Shown here: one piece after another, positions 28,196 through 37,916 of the stretch
Position numbering within the stretch: the stretch's first letter is position 1
Layout: each line of letters begins with the position of its first letter
From: Desulfurococcaceae archaeon
Lineage (GTDB): Archaea; Thermoproteota; Thermoprotei_A; Sulfolobales; Desulfurococcaceae
Direction of reading: 5' to 3'
NCBI GenBank assembly: GCA_038888155.1
Contig: JAWAJB010000002.1
Coordinates: forward strand, 160,001 to 224,000
Length of the DNA stretch: 64,000 nucleotides
Made by a program: the position numbers and the translations under genes
The notes under the pieces: model-generated
The model's database searches: none
What the model was told of the DNA's origin: nothing
Seen by the model: only the letters and a program-made list of their open reading frames with translations

Positions 28196-29616
28196 AAGAA
28201 TATGATGTAGCTATAATTGGTGGAGGGCCGGCTGGGATATACGCAGCAGTTGAATTAATTAAACTCACAGGTGGATCATTGAAGGTAGCCCTATTTGATC
28301 GAGGCGCTAGAGTTGAGGAAAGATCATGCCCGATAACCCGGGAAGCAATAGATACATCGGGTTCTTATACAGGTAAGCTTTTAAACTGTGGCTCATGCGT
28401 TATTTGTCATATACTATATGGAATAGGAGGGGCAGGAACTTTTAGCAGTGGAACTGTTAATTTAAGGCCTGATATTGGTGGAGACCTAGATAAGTTACTA
28501 GGTAGTTGGGAGAAAGCGGAGGAAGTCATTAAGTATGTAGACAAGATCCTCTTAGAGTTCGGTGCACCTCAGGAAACACTTCTAGAGCCTGATTTAAGGA
28601 AGATTCGTAGTATTGAGAGGCTAGTTGCCAAAGCGGGGGCAAAGTTCATCCCTGCAACTCAAAGAGTTCTCGGCTCTGAGAATGTTATCAAAGTTGTTTA
28701 CAACATAACTAAATTTCTCGAGGAAAACAACGTTAAGATATTTTCTTTTACATCCGTAATTGACATAGCTAGTGACCAGAACATTTATAAGCTGAACACC
28801 AGTAGTGGGGATTTTTATGCACACAAAGTGCTTTTAGCTCCCGGTCGCGGAGGTGCTCGCTGGTTTAAGGACATTGCTGAAAGATTGGGGATCGAGGTTG
28901 AACCTGGGCCTTTAGACATTGGCGTCCGCGTGGAAGTTCCGTATTATATAACTGAGCACATCGTTAAAGTAAATTACGATCCTAAAGTAGTGATGTACAC
29001 AAGGTCCTATGATGATATGGTCAGAACATTCTGCACTAATCCCCAGGGTTATGTGATAAAGGAGATGTACGATGATGGAACTGTAGGCGTAAACGGGGAA
29101 TCATATAATACTGTTAAATCGAAGAACACTAATTTTGCACTGTTAGTAACTCTGAAGCTCACCGTTCCATATACGGATGTCCTTGAACTAGGCAAATCTA
29201 TTGCTAGGATAGCTACTAAAGTAGGTATAGGTAAACCAATTATACAAAGGCTCGGAGATCTCGAAAAGGGCAGAAGAAGCACCTGGGATATGATATCGAG
29301 AAGCGTTATAACACCTACGCTTAGAGATTCAACGCCTGGCGATATTAGTTTGGTCCTACCGCAAAGGGTAATGGAGAACATTCTCGAGGCCATTGAAAGG
29401 CTAGATGTCCTTTATCCAGGTTTAGCCTCCCCGCAAACACTTCTTTATGCACCTGAAATAAAATATTACAGCGTTAAAGCCAAAATAAACGAAAATTTTG
29501 AGACAACAGCCCCCTCTGTTTATGTGGCAGGGGATGGCGTAGGGCTGTCAAGGGGTATAAATGTAGCTGCGGCGACCGGCGTCCTCGCAGCAAGAGGGAT
29601 CGTGAGAACACTATAA
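28192..29616 (+). CDS. uncharacterised FAD-dependent oxidoreductase (COG2509-like)
   Basis: GGGPAG, C-x-C-x2-C-x2-C cluster, GIGGAG.FS.G, VRTFCTNP.G, GDG.G.SRGI; ATGA overlap with purA. Confidence 0.85.
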   Translation: MKEYDVAIIGGGPAGIYAAVELIKLTGGSLKVALFDRGARVEERSCPITREAIDTSGSYTGKLLNCGSCVICHILYGIGGAGTFSSGTVNLRPDIGGDLDKLLGSWEKAEEVIKYVDKILLEFGAPQETLLEPDLRKIRSIERLVAKAGAKFIPATQRVLGSENVIKVVYNITKFLEENNVKIFSFTSVIDIASDQNIYKLNTSSGDFYAHKVLLAPGRGGARWFKDIAERLGIEVEPGPLDIGVRVEVPYYITEHIVKVNYDPKVVMYTRSYDDMVRTFCTNPQGYVIKEMYDDGTVGVNGESYNTVKSKNTNFALLVTLKLTVPYTDVLELGKSIARIATKVGIGKPIIQRLGDLEKGRRSTWDMISRSVITPTLRDSTPGDISLVLPQRVMENILEAIERLDVLYPGLASPQTLLYAPEIKYYSVKAKINENFETTAPSVYVAGDGVGLSRGINVAAATGVLAARGIVRTL

Positions 29617-29617
29617 G

Positions 29618-30988
29618 GTGATTACAGTGGCTGAACATGTGTGCGTTTTTAACTGGAGATACGGTTCCCAAGAGTTAAGGGGCCTGTTTACAGTGGCAAA
29701 TATAGTGAGAACATACGTAAATGTGGAAGTAGCTTTGCTCAAAGGGCTCGTGTTGGCAGGTTTAGCGCCTGCACGTTGCTATGAGGAGGTCAGAGTATGC
29801 GCGGAGAAGCTAAAGCCCATGGAAATGTATGAAATGGAGCTTATAACAGGACACGATATTGCCTCCTTAGCGTTCATTTTAGGTGAACGATGTGGTGAAT
29901 GCGGTAAATTCATTCACTTAGGGGCCACGAGTTACGATATAGTAGATACCGCGTGGGCCCTCATACTTAGAGAAGCACTTCGAATTATTAAGGATAAGAT
30001 AAAACGAGTTATAGACACTTTAATGGAGCTTGCAGAAAAGCATGTCGATGATTATGTAATTGGTAGAACTCACGGCCAACACGCTCTACCAATTACATTC
30101 GGATTCAAGTTTGCTAACTATGCGTATGAGCTATCCAGAAGCTACGAGAGGTTAATTGAGCTGGAGAACAGGCTTGTTAAGTTAAAGATGAGCGGCTCTG
30201 TGGGCACGATGGCGTCGTGGGGTGAGAAGGGGATATTAGTTGAGGGGATGGTTGGAAAAGAGCTTTGCTTGGAACCACACCCCATAACTACTCAGGTGGC
30301 GCCTAGAGATAGCTTTGCAGAATTAGCAGTTGATCTAGCGATACTCGGATCTCAGCTAGATAGATTAGCGCTGGAAGCTCGAGAGCTCTCTAGGACAGAA
30401 ATAGGCGAAATATATGAGGCAGTCCAAAGGATTGGAAGTAGTGCTATGCCGCATAAAAGGAACCCAGTTATTGCAGAGAGAGTATCGAGCTTGGCTAAAA
30501 TTTTAAGAGGGCTGTCTCTCAGTTCCCTTGAGAATATACCATTGATGCACGAGAGGGACCTAACCAATAGTGCCAGCGAGCGCGTAATAATTCCTCACAT
30601 AATCCTCACAATAGATCAAATGCTCGAGGATACAATAAAGCTATTGAAAACTATTAAACTTGATACTAATGCTTCACGAAGAAACCTAGAACTTACAAGA
30701 GGGGGTATTTATAGCGAGATAATAGTCTCAGAGCTCGTTAAGAAAGGGTGGCATAGAAATGTAGCCTATGAGAAAGTGAGAAGTTTAGTGCCACCCGTTA
30801 GTAGCGAGGAGACCCTCTTTGGGGCTATAATGAAAGATCCAGAGCTGTCTCATTACTTTAGTGAAGAAGAGTTAAAAGCGATAATGACGCCAGAATACGT
30901 TACAAAGAACGTTAGGAAGATTGTGGAGAGAGCTCTGGATTTCGCTAAAAAAGCTATCAGCAAAGAGCCTGGAAATAAGTGTACTTAG
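29618..30988 (+). CDS. purB: adenylosuccinate lyase (likely start GTG 29627)
   Basis: HLGATSYD, GRTHGQHA.P, GSSAMPHKRNP, HERDL. Confidence 0.95.
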   Translation: MITVAEHVCVFNWRYGSQELRGLFTVANIVRTYVNVEVALLKGLVLAGLAPARCYEEVRVCAEKLKPMEMYEMELITGHDIASLAFILGERCGECGKFIHLGATSYDIVDTAWALILREALRIIKDKIKRVIDTLMELAEKHVDDYVIGRTHGQHALPITFGFKFANYAYELSRSYERLIELENRLVKLKMSGSVGTMASWGEKGILVEGMVGKELCLEPHPITTQVAPRDSFAELAVDLAILGSQLDRLALEARELSRTEIGEIYEAVQRIGSSAMPHKRNPVIAERVSSLAKILRGLSLSSLENIPLMHERDLTNSASERVIIPHIILTIDQMLEDTIKLLKTIKLDTNASRRNLELTRGGIYSEIIVSELVKKGWHRNVAYEKVRSLVPPVSSEETLFGAIMKDPELSHYFSEEELKAIMTPEYVTKNVRKIVERALDFAKKAISKEPGNKCT

Positions 30989-30992
30989 GTGA

Positions 30993-31610
<618 letters not shown>

Positions 31611-31647
31611 TTTAAAAAGCCTATATTGCATATAAATTAGCGGGCAT

Positions 31648-32331
31648 TTGTTAGTATTAGCTCTTGATCCACCGTTTGGTTCAAAAGAGGAAAACAGCAG
31701 CTTTATAAGAATAGTTGAGGAGACTAAGGACTACGTTTTAGGGTATAAAATAGGACTTCCATTGATACTCCAAGAGGGTGCAGGTGTAATTTCTCAAGTC
31801 AAGAAAATATCTCACAGAAAGGTTATTGCAGACTTAAAACTAGCGGACATCGGCGATATAATGGTCTCTACGCTGAGAAAACTCTCTAGTTTCGAGGTAG
31901 ATGCAGTTATTGCTCATGGCTTTATCGGAGTCGATGATGGCATTGATAAACTCGTAGAAGAGTCTCGCACTCTAGGCATAGATGTTATAATCGTTGCCTC
32001 TATGAGCCACAAAGGCTCAACTAGATACTTGGATAAACACTATGAAGACATAGTTCAAGATGCGCTAAACCTAGGTATACACGGAATTGTGGTACCTGCC
32101 ACTAGGCTTGATATAATCAAGAAAACGAAGGAGAGAGTGGGAAATAAGTTAAAGCTATACTCTCCTGGTATAGGAGTTCAAGGTGCAATGCCAGGAGACG
32201 CCATTTGTGCAGGTGCAGACTTCGAAATTGTGGGTAGGTATATAACTAGGTCAGACAATCCGGGGAAAAGAGCTCAAGAGATATATCGGGCTCAGTTAGG
32301 GAAGGTGAGACTATGTCTTGGTTCGCAGTAG
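31648..32331 (+). CDS. pyrF: orotidine 5'-phosphate decarboxylase
   Basis: ALD, YKIG, DLKLADIG, SPGIG.QG, IVGR. Confidence 0.95.
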   Translation: MLVLALDPPFGSKEENSSFIRIVEETKDYVLGYKIGLPLILQEGAGVISQVKKISHRKVIADLKLADIGDIMVSTLRKLSSFEVDAVIAHGFIGVDDGIDKLVEESRTLGIDVIIVASMSHKGSTRYLDKHYEDIVQDALNLGIHGIVVPATRLDIIKKTKERVGNKLKLYSPGIGVQGAMPGDAICAGADFEIVGRYITRSDNPGKRAQEIYRAQLGKVRLCLGSQ

Positions 32332-32912
32332 AGCTGTATAAAAATGGGATGGTTAAGCTAGGCGAATTCAAGCTATCCTCAGGACTGTACAGCCCATTCT
32401 ATATTGATATGAGGAGGTTATACAGTTTCCCAGATTTAACTCGTCGAGTTGTTCAGGAACTGATTTCTAGAGTACCCTTCATGGATATTGATGTTATTGT
32501 AGGCGTCGAGTCTGCAGGCATACCATTGGCAGCATATATAGCATGTTTCATCAATAAGCCCATGGCCTATGTAAGAAAAGAGAAAAAGAACTATGCAACA
32601 GGTCTAGGAGTTGAAGGAGATGTTTCGGGTAAGAGAGCTCTTGTAATAGATGATGTAGTTACCACTGGAAACTCGCTTTTAAAAGCAATAGTAAATCTCA
32701 AAGAGGCTGGCTCAATCCCAGTGAGGACAGTGGTTCTTGTGGATAGAGAGCAGGGTGCACGGGAAAACCTCTATAGGCATGGGGTAGAACTGTATTCACT
32801 AGCAACTGCAAGTAGTATATTTAGGGATCTATATAATGCTGGTCTAATCAAAGAAGGAGACTACATCAACATAATAAAATATCTTGAGTCATTTAAGAGC
32901 AAGGTCGATTAA
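32313..32912 (+). CDS. pyrE: orotate phosphoribosyltransferase
   Basis: GEFKLSSG..SPFYID, VRKE.K, IDDVVTTG.S, VDREQG. Confidence 0.95.
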   Translation: MSWFAVELYKNGMVKLGEFKLSSGLYSPFYIDMRRLYSFPDLTRRVVQELISRVPFMDIDVIVGVESAGIPLAAYIACFINKPMAYVRKEKKNYATGLGVEGDVSGKRALVIDDVVTTGNSLLKAIVNLKEAGSIPVRTVVLVDREQGARENLYRHGVELYSLATASSIFRDLYNAGLIKEGDYINIIKYLESFKSKVD

Positions 32913-33678
32913 ATTGTTCAAGAGTGCAAGGAAACTTAGTACACGGAAGCTTAGCAGTGAGTACTATCAAGTCGAGTTCGAGCTTCTTGATGGGGTCATA
33001 GAAAAACCCAAACCACTCCAGTTTATAAATATTTGGATACCTGGGATCGATGAAATACCTATGTCAATATCTCAATATCGTGAGAATAAAGTCTCGGTTA
33101 TATTTAAGGTAGTAGGCAGGGGAACAAAGGCCCTCAGGGACACAGAAGGCTTCTTTGGAGTTAAAGGTCCTATGGGCAAATCAATAGCACTTGATGGTTA
33201 CAAGAAATTGCTGTTTATTGCAGGCGGTGTGGGCATAGCCCCACTTCCCTACCTCGTAGATTACGCGAGCAACTATGGAATAAATGTCGACGTTGTATGG
33301 GGAACTCGTAAAGGAGATATGATTTTTAATGTGAGGGAACTGGTTGCCGGTGTAGGGGATATATATTACGCTACAGAGGACTGCACTATTGGTTATTGTG
33401 GACGCGCTATCGATTTAGCGATGAAGCTCTTAGAGAAAAATAATGGAAGATGGGAAATAGCATTAGGCGTTGGACCTGTAGATATGCTAAGAGAATTGTG
33501 CTCTTCTCTTAACAAAGGCAATTTTGTGTATATATCCCTCGAGGCTTTGATTAAGTGCGGTTACGGTGCATGTGGAAGTTGTGTGTTGAAACCATTACCA
33601 ATGCTCCTTTGCAGAGACGGCCCTGTATTTAAGTGCAATGAGGTGATGCCTTATCTCGAGAATAGACCTCAAAACTAA
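32884..33678 (+). CDS. pyrK: dihydroorotate dehydrogenase electron transfer subunit (likely start TTG 32914)
   Basis: EIPMSI, GPMG, AGGVGIAP, CGYGACGSC..CRDGPVF. Confidence 0.92.
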   Translation: MSHLRARSIKLFKSARKLSTRKLSSEYYQVEFELLDGVIEKPKPLQFINIWIPGIDEIPMSISQYRENKVSVIFKVVGRGTKALRDTEGFFGVKGPMGKSIALDGYKKLLFIAGGVGIAPLPYLVDYASNYGINVDVVWGTRKGDMIFNVRELVAGVGDIYYATEDCTIGYCGRAIDLAMKLLEKNNGRWEIALGVGPVDMLRELCSSLNKGNFVYISLEALIKCGYGACGSCVLKPLPMLLCRDGPVFKCNEVMPYLENRPQN

Positions 33679-34564
33679 AATTGCAGGGTTGCAACTAGAA
33701 CATCCGGTGTTAAACGCAAGTGGCATACTAGGTTCAGAGCCAGAACATATCACAATTCTTGTTAATGCAGGTTTCTCTGCTATTGTGACTAAAACATTTA
33801 CAGTAAGACCAAGAGAGGGGTATCAGCCACCTATATTGGTTGAGTTAAACAATTATAGCTTCTTAAATGCAGTGGGTCTGCCTAATCCGGGCATAGATTT
33901 CATTCCGGGGTTTATAGCTAAGATCAAAGATTTCAAGAAGCCCATTATTCTCAGTATCGGGGGAAACTACATTGAAGAATACGCCAAATTAGCAATCGTT
34001 GCCGAAGAAGCAGGGGTAGACGCTATAGAGGTAAATTTAAGTTGTCCACACGTAAAAGGCTACGGCTTAGAGATAGGGTCGGATCCGTCCTCGGTGAGAG
34101 ATGTAATAAAAAATATTGCATCAGTGATAAAAATACCCATAATAGTCAAATTAGGCGTCTCGGACAGGGTCGTTGAATCGGCTGGCAAAGCACTTGAGGC
34201 TGGAGCTAAGGCAATTACATTGATAAACACCATCAAGGCCATGGCAATTGATATTTACACAAAGACTCCAATTTTATCAAATAAACAGGGAGGTCTCTCT
34301 GGTGCTTCAATAAGACCGATAGCTATTAGAGTTGTTTACGATGTCTTCAAGGAATACAGGCCAGAGATAATAGGATGCGGGGGAATTATAAGTTGGAGAG
34401 ATGCGGCAGAGTTTATACTTGCAGGAGCGAAGGCTGTTCAAATTGGAAGCGCATTCCTGAAAAATCCGAGAATCGTTTTCGAGACTATAGAGGGTCTTAG
34501 AGACTGGGTTACATTTTTAGGATTCCACAGTCTAGAAGAACTTGTAGGCGCTGCCCACAAGTAA
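33653..34564 (+). CDS. pyrD: dihydroorotate dehydrogenase family 1B catalytic subunit
   Basis: NASG, NAVGL.NPG, NLSCPH, INT, GGLSG; frame extends above TTG 33689 with IDLKTKIAGL, so the start is probably ATC 33653 or ATA 33662. Confidence 0.95.
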   Translation: MSRIDLKTKIAGLQLEHPVLNASGILGSEPEHITILVNAGFSAIVTKTFTVRPREGYQPPILVELNNYSFLNAVGLPNPGIDFIPGFIAKIKDFKKPIILSIGGNYIEEYAKLAIVAEEAGVDAIEVNLSCPHVKGYGLEIGSDPSSVRDVIKNIASVIKIPIIVKLGVSDRVVESAGKALEAGAKAITLINTIKAMAIDIYTKTPILSNKQGGLSGASIRPIAIRVVYDVFKEYRPEIIGCGGIISWRDAAEFILAGAKAVQIGSAFLKNPRIVFETIEGLRDWVTFLGFHSLEELVGAAHK

Positions 34565-34709
34565 TGACTCTTAGTGAAGCAGATGATGAGTCCCCTAGGG
34601 GTGGAGTGTCCGCATCTTTCGGTTTTGGAGTCCTCGGTCATCCCAAGGGATTAATATAGAAAAAGGTGTAATTTAAATTTACTTATGAGTAAACCTTATT
34701 AAGCGCGCT

Positions 34710-35033
34710 TTAATAATCCACTAGACCCGCTTTTTTCATTTCATCTAGGACAATTATAAGGGGCTCTACTACCTCGTGATACTCTACTTTCGCATTAGTG
34801 GAAATATCCGTTACCATGTCTTCGACTGTATGGTCTCCATCGCATAATACCCATACATAGTAAGCCAAGGGAGACAATTCGTATACAGCTTCTTCGCTTA
34901 AAGCAACGTAGAACTTATCGGCCTCCGAGCCAACAAATTGACCGCGCCTAGACGGCTTTGATTCCTTCATCTCTGTGTACTTACCTAAAACTTCGCTGTC
35001 AATCTTCTCGCTGAATTCTTTGTCATTGCTCAT
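34710..35033 (-). CDS. PqqD/RRE-like winged-helix protein
   Basis: YELSPLAYYVWVLCDG..TV...L.EM...GLV pattern typical of the PqqD family; ATG 35033 lies just after the ssb stop. Confidence 0.75.
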   Translation of the reverse strand: MSNDKEFSEKIDSEVLGKYTEMKESKPSRRGQFVGSEADKFYVALSEEAVYELSPLAYYVWVLCDGDHTVEDMVTDISTNAKVEYHEVVEPLIIVLDEMKKAGLVDY

Positions 35034-35034
35034 A

Positions 35035-35478
35035 TCACTCACTTCTCATGCTTCTCCTTCTTTGGAAACCTCTTCTACCAAACGAGCCACTTCTACCTGT
35101 AGCACGTGGCTGGGATTCAGGAACCGTTTCAGGAACCGAATCTCCCGAAATTTGTTTTATATTAGTACTTCTTCCTACGTTTAACTGGACTCTGCCTCTG
35201 AATTCAGTGACCCAGGCGCCGTTTATCTCGACAACATCGCCGGTCTTTAGTGCCCCTGCTTTTTCGCCCCATAACACAGCTTCTACTCTGCCTGTTGAGT
35301 CGCCCACAATGGCATTGCTTATAGTTCGGGCGCCCCTTTTCGTATCAATTGTTCTTGGTTCACTTGTCTCTAGTACCCTGACCCTTACTGTTACGTTCTC
35401 CATTCCCGGGTTCAGTTGCATTACATTTAAAGGAGCTGTAGAACCCCTTGCCTCTCTATTCTCTGGTTCTATTCCCAT
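35035..35478 (-). CDS. ssb: crenarchaeal single-stranded DNA-binding protein
   Basis: single OB fold (VGDSTGRV...LWG, AWV.EFRG..QLN) with Gly/Arg tail. Confidence 0.92.
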   Translation of the reverse strand: MGIEPENREARGSTAPLNVMQLNPGMENVTVRVRVLETSEPRTIDTKRGARTISNAIVGDSTGRVEAVLWGEKAGALKTGDVVEINGAWVTEFRGRVQLNVGRSTNIKQISGDSVPETVPESQPRATGRSGSFGRRGFQRRRSMRSE

Positions 35479-35581
35479 TTAACCCAACTCGCATACCGAT
35501 TGAACGTTTTCCAGTACTTTGATAAGGGTTAATAAATATTTTTGTGATCATCTCCTTGCAGGGGGCTCAATGGAGTTGTGG

Positions 35582-35821
35582 CTATTTACCACCAGCGAAT
35601 GGCGGCATTACTAACACTACGTCACCGTTGTTTAGTACCTGCCCTTCCTTTGGGAATCTGTAATTTACAAGAATTATAGGTTTGATCTTTATGTCATGGA
35701 GCTCGCTAGATAAGATTTCTATTAACTTTTCAACAGTAGTCAATTCGGGTAGCTCGTAAATTCTTTGTTTCCCCAATTTCTCAGCGTAAATAGAGATAAA
35801 GTTTACGACGACTTTAATCAT
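35582..35821 (-). CDS. moaD: MoaD/ThiS ubiquitin-like sulfur carrier
   Basis: 79 aa; ILVN and GDVV...PP.AGG followed by one extra Lys. Confidence 0.85.
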   Translation of the reverse strand: MIKVVVNFISIYAEKLGKQRIYELPELTTVEKLIEILSSELHDIKIKPIILVNYRFPKEGQVLNNGDVVLVMPPFAGGK

Positions 35822-35862
35822 GCCCCCATCTCCTTTTGAAGAGCAAGAGACAAAATATCCCT

Positions 35863-35879
35863 AGTAATACCGTATTACT
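35863..35879. promoter_or_regulatory. perfect 8-1-8 inverted repeat in the moaD/aor divergent promoter region
   Basis: AGTAATAC-C-GTATTACT. Confidence 0.45.
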
Positions 35880-35968
35880 TAGTATTGTTTTTGGTTTTTA
35901 TAAATAAAATAATCCAGTGTACAATATATTTATATAGGTTTGTTTTTATTAATAAAGGGTAATATCCA

Positions 35969-37861
35969 ATGCTCGGAGGATACATGGGTAAAATCCTTCG
36001 CGTTGACTTATGGAAGGAAAAAGTATACCATGAACCCTTACCTCCTGAACCCACCTTGAGAATGTGGCTTGGCGGAAGAGGTCTAGGCGTTTACTACATG
36101 TTAAAAGAAGTTAAACCAGGGATAGATCCACTGAGTCCTGAGAACAAAGCTATTGTAGCCACCGGACCATTAACTGGTGTGGCGGGGATACCAGCCTCTG
36201 GTAGATGGTGTTCTATAACAAAGTCTCCGCTGTCAAACACCATACACGATTCTCACAGTGGCGGGAAGTTTGGTCCTGAGTTAAAGTTTTCTGGCTTCGA
36301 TATGGTCATCATCGAAGGTAAGGCCGAGAGACCTGTTTACTTATGGATTCATGATGGCAAAGCAGAGTTAAGAGATGCAAAACACCTTTGGGGAATGGAC
36401 ACACACTCAACTACGGACACTATCATTGAGGAGATTTCCCCGTTAATAGGCAAGGATGAGTCAAAACAGATTAAGGTAGCGTGTATAGGTCCGGCAGGAG
36501 AGAGACTGGTGAGGTTTGCGTGTATAATTAATGACAAGGGAAGGGCAGCTGGTCGTGGAGGACATGGAGCCGTTTGGGGGAGTAAGAACTTTAAGGCTAT
36601 AGCTGTAAGAGGACACATGAAGCCACCTATAGGCAATGAGGCGCTCTTCAAAGAAGTAGTAGTTAAGTCAATTGACTTAATTAAAAAGTCTCCAGTAACC
36701 AGCGAGGGATTACCGAAATACGGAACCGCCATATTAGTAAACATAATTAACGCCCATGGAGTATTTCCGACTATGAACTTCAAGAAGAGCGTATTTGAAG
36801 GCGCCGAAAAGATTAGCGGAGAGACAATCGCCAGAGATATCATGGATTGGGACAAGCAAAAGGCATCCATATGTTGGGGATGTCCTATTGGATGCGCAAG
36901 ATATACACGTGTAAGAACAGAAAAGTTCTCTGGCGAAGGCGACGGCCCCGAATATGAGACGGTGTGGTCTTTAGGAGCCCAAACAGGCACCGATGATCTC
37001 TCTGCTGTGGCCAAGGCTCACTACCTTACTAACGAGCTCGGTCTAGACGGCATAACAATGGGGCACGTCATTGGCACATTCTTCGAGTTGGTGGAAAGGG
37101 GCAAAATACCTCAAGATCAGCTTAGGGGGCTAAACGCAACGTGGGGTAGAGGAGAGGCAATTGTAGAGTTAGTTTGGAGGACTGGATATAGATCCGGTAT
37201 TGGTAATGACATCGCAGAGGGATCGATGAGACTTGCAGCCAAGTATGGGGACCCAGAAGTAGCTATGACCGTGAGAGGCCAAGAGCTACCTGCATATGAC
37301 CCGAGGGGCATTCAGGGTCATGCTTTGGCATATGCTACAAGCAACCGTGGAGGTTGTCACCTACGGGCTTATCTGATCTCCCCTGAAATACTTGGTGTCC
37401 CATTAAAATCAGACAGATTTGTTACGGAAGGTAAAGGAAAGTTGGTAAAGGAAATGCAGGACTCGTTTGCCGTTGTAGATAGTATGGTTGTGTGTAAATT
37501 CGTTACATTCGCGTATTATGCAGATGTGCTATCGGAGCAAATATCTTCAGTCACTGGATGGAATTTAACCTTAGAGGAGTTTTACTCGATTGGGGAGAGA
37601 ATTTACAATGCAGAAAGAGTATTCAATGTATTGTCTTTTGGAGACGGCGAAGACTATGATACTCTACCTAAGAGATTATTGGAGCAACCAATTCTAGATG
37701 GTCCTTCAAAGGGGTATGTAGCTAAGATCAATGAAATGTTACCAGAATATTACGCTGCTAGAGGGTGGAAAAAGGGAAGACCAACACGGGCAAGATTGGA
37801 AGAGCTAGGCTTAAAATGGCTAGCCAATAGATTAGAGGAAGAAGGCCTACTTTTAGGCTGA
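35969..37861 (+). CDS. aor: tungsten-dependent aldehyde:ferredoxin oxidoreductase
   Basis: GGRGLG, KSPL, GPAGE, GRGG.GAV.GSKN, CWGCPIGC, EYET, YDPR, RGGCH, VVCKF. Confidence 0.95.
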   Translation: MLGGYMGKILRVDLWKEKVYHEPLPPEPTLRMWLGGRGLGVYYMLKEVKPGIDPLSPENKAIVATGPLTGVAGIPASGRWCSITKSPLSNTIHDSHSGGKFGPELKFSGFDMVIIEGKAERPVYLWIHDGKAELRDAKHLWGMDTHSTTDTIIEEISPLIGKDESKQIKVACIGPAGERLVRFACIINDKGRAAGRGGHGAVWGSKNFKAIAVRGHMKPPIGNEALFKEVVVKSIDLIKKSPVTSEGLPKYGTAILVNIINAHGVFPTMNFKKSVFEGAEKISGETIARDIMDWDKQKASICWGCPIGCARYTRVRTEKFSGEGDGPEYETVWSLGAQTGTDDLSAVAKAHYLTNELGLDGITMGHVIGTFFELVERGKIPQDQLRGLNATWGRGEAIVELVWRTGYRSGIGNDIAEGSMRLAAKYGDPEVAMTVRGQELPAYDPRGIQGHALAYATSNRGGCHLRAYLISPEILGVPLKSDRFVTEGKGKLVKEMQDSFAVVDSMVVCKFVTFAYYADVLSEQISSVTGWNLTLEEFYSIGERIYNAERVFNVLSFGDGEDYDTLPKRLLEQPILDGPSKGYVAKINEMLPEYYAARGWKKGRPTRARLEELGLKWLANRLEEEGLLLG

Positions 37862-37869
37862 TCTATTAA

Positions 37870-37880
37870 TTCTTTTTTTT
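37870..37880 (+). terminator. T-tract terminator after aor
   Basis: TTCTTTTTTTT about 9 nt after the aor stop. Confidence 0.5.
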
Positions 37881-37916
37881 GAATTTTCATAATCGCTTTC
37901 CATGAGGGTATGATCC

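Noticed and set aside
34581-34606. TGATGAGTCCCC..GGGG resembling a hammerhead ribozyme core
   Set aside because: Lacks the C of CUGAUGA and the GAAA after stem II
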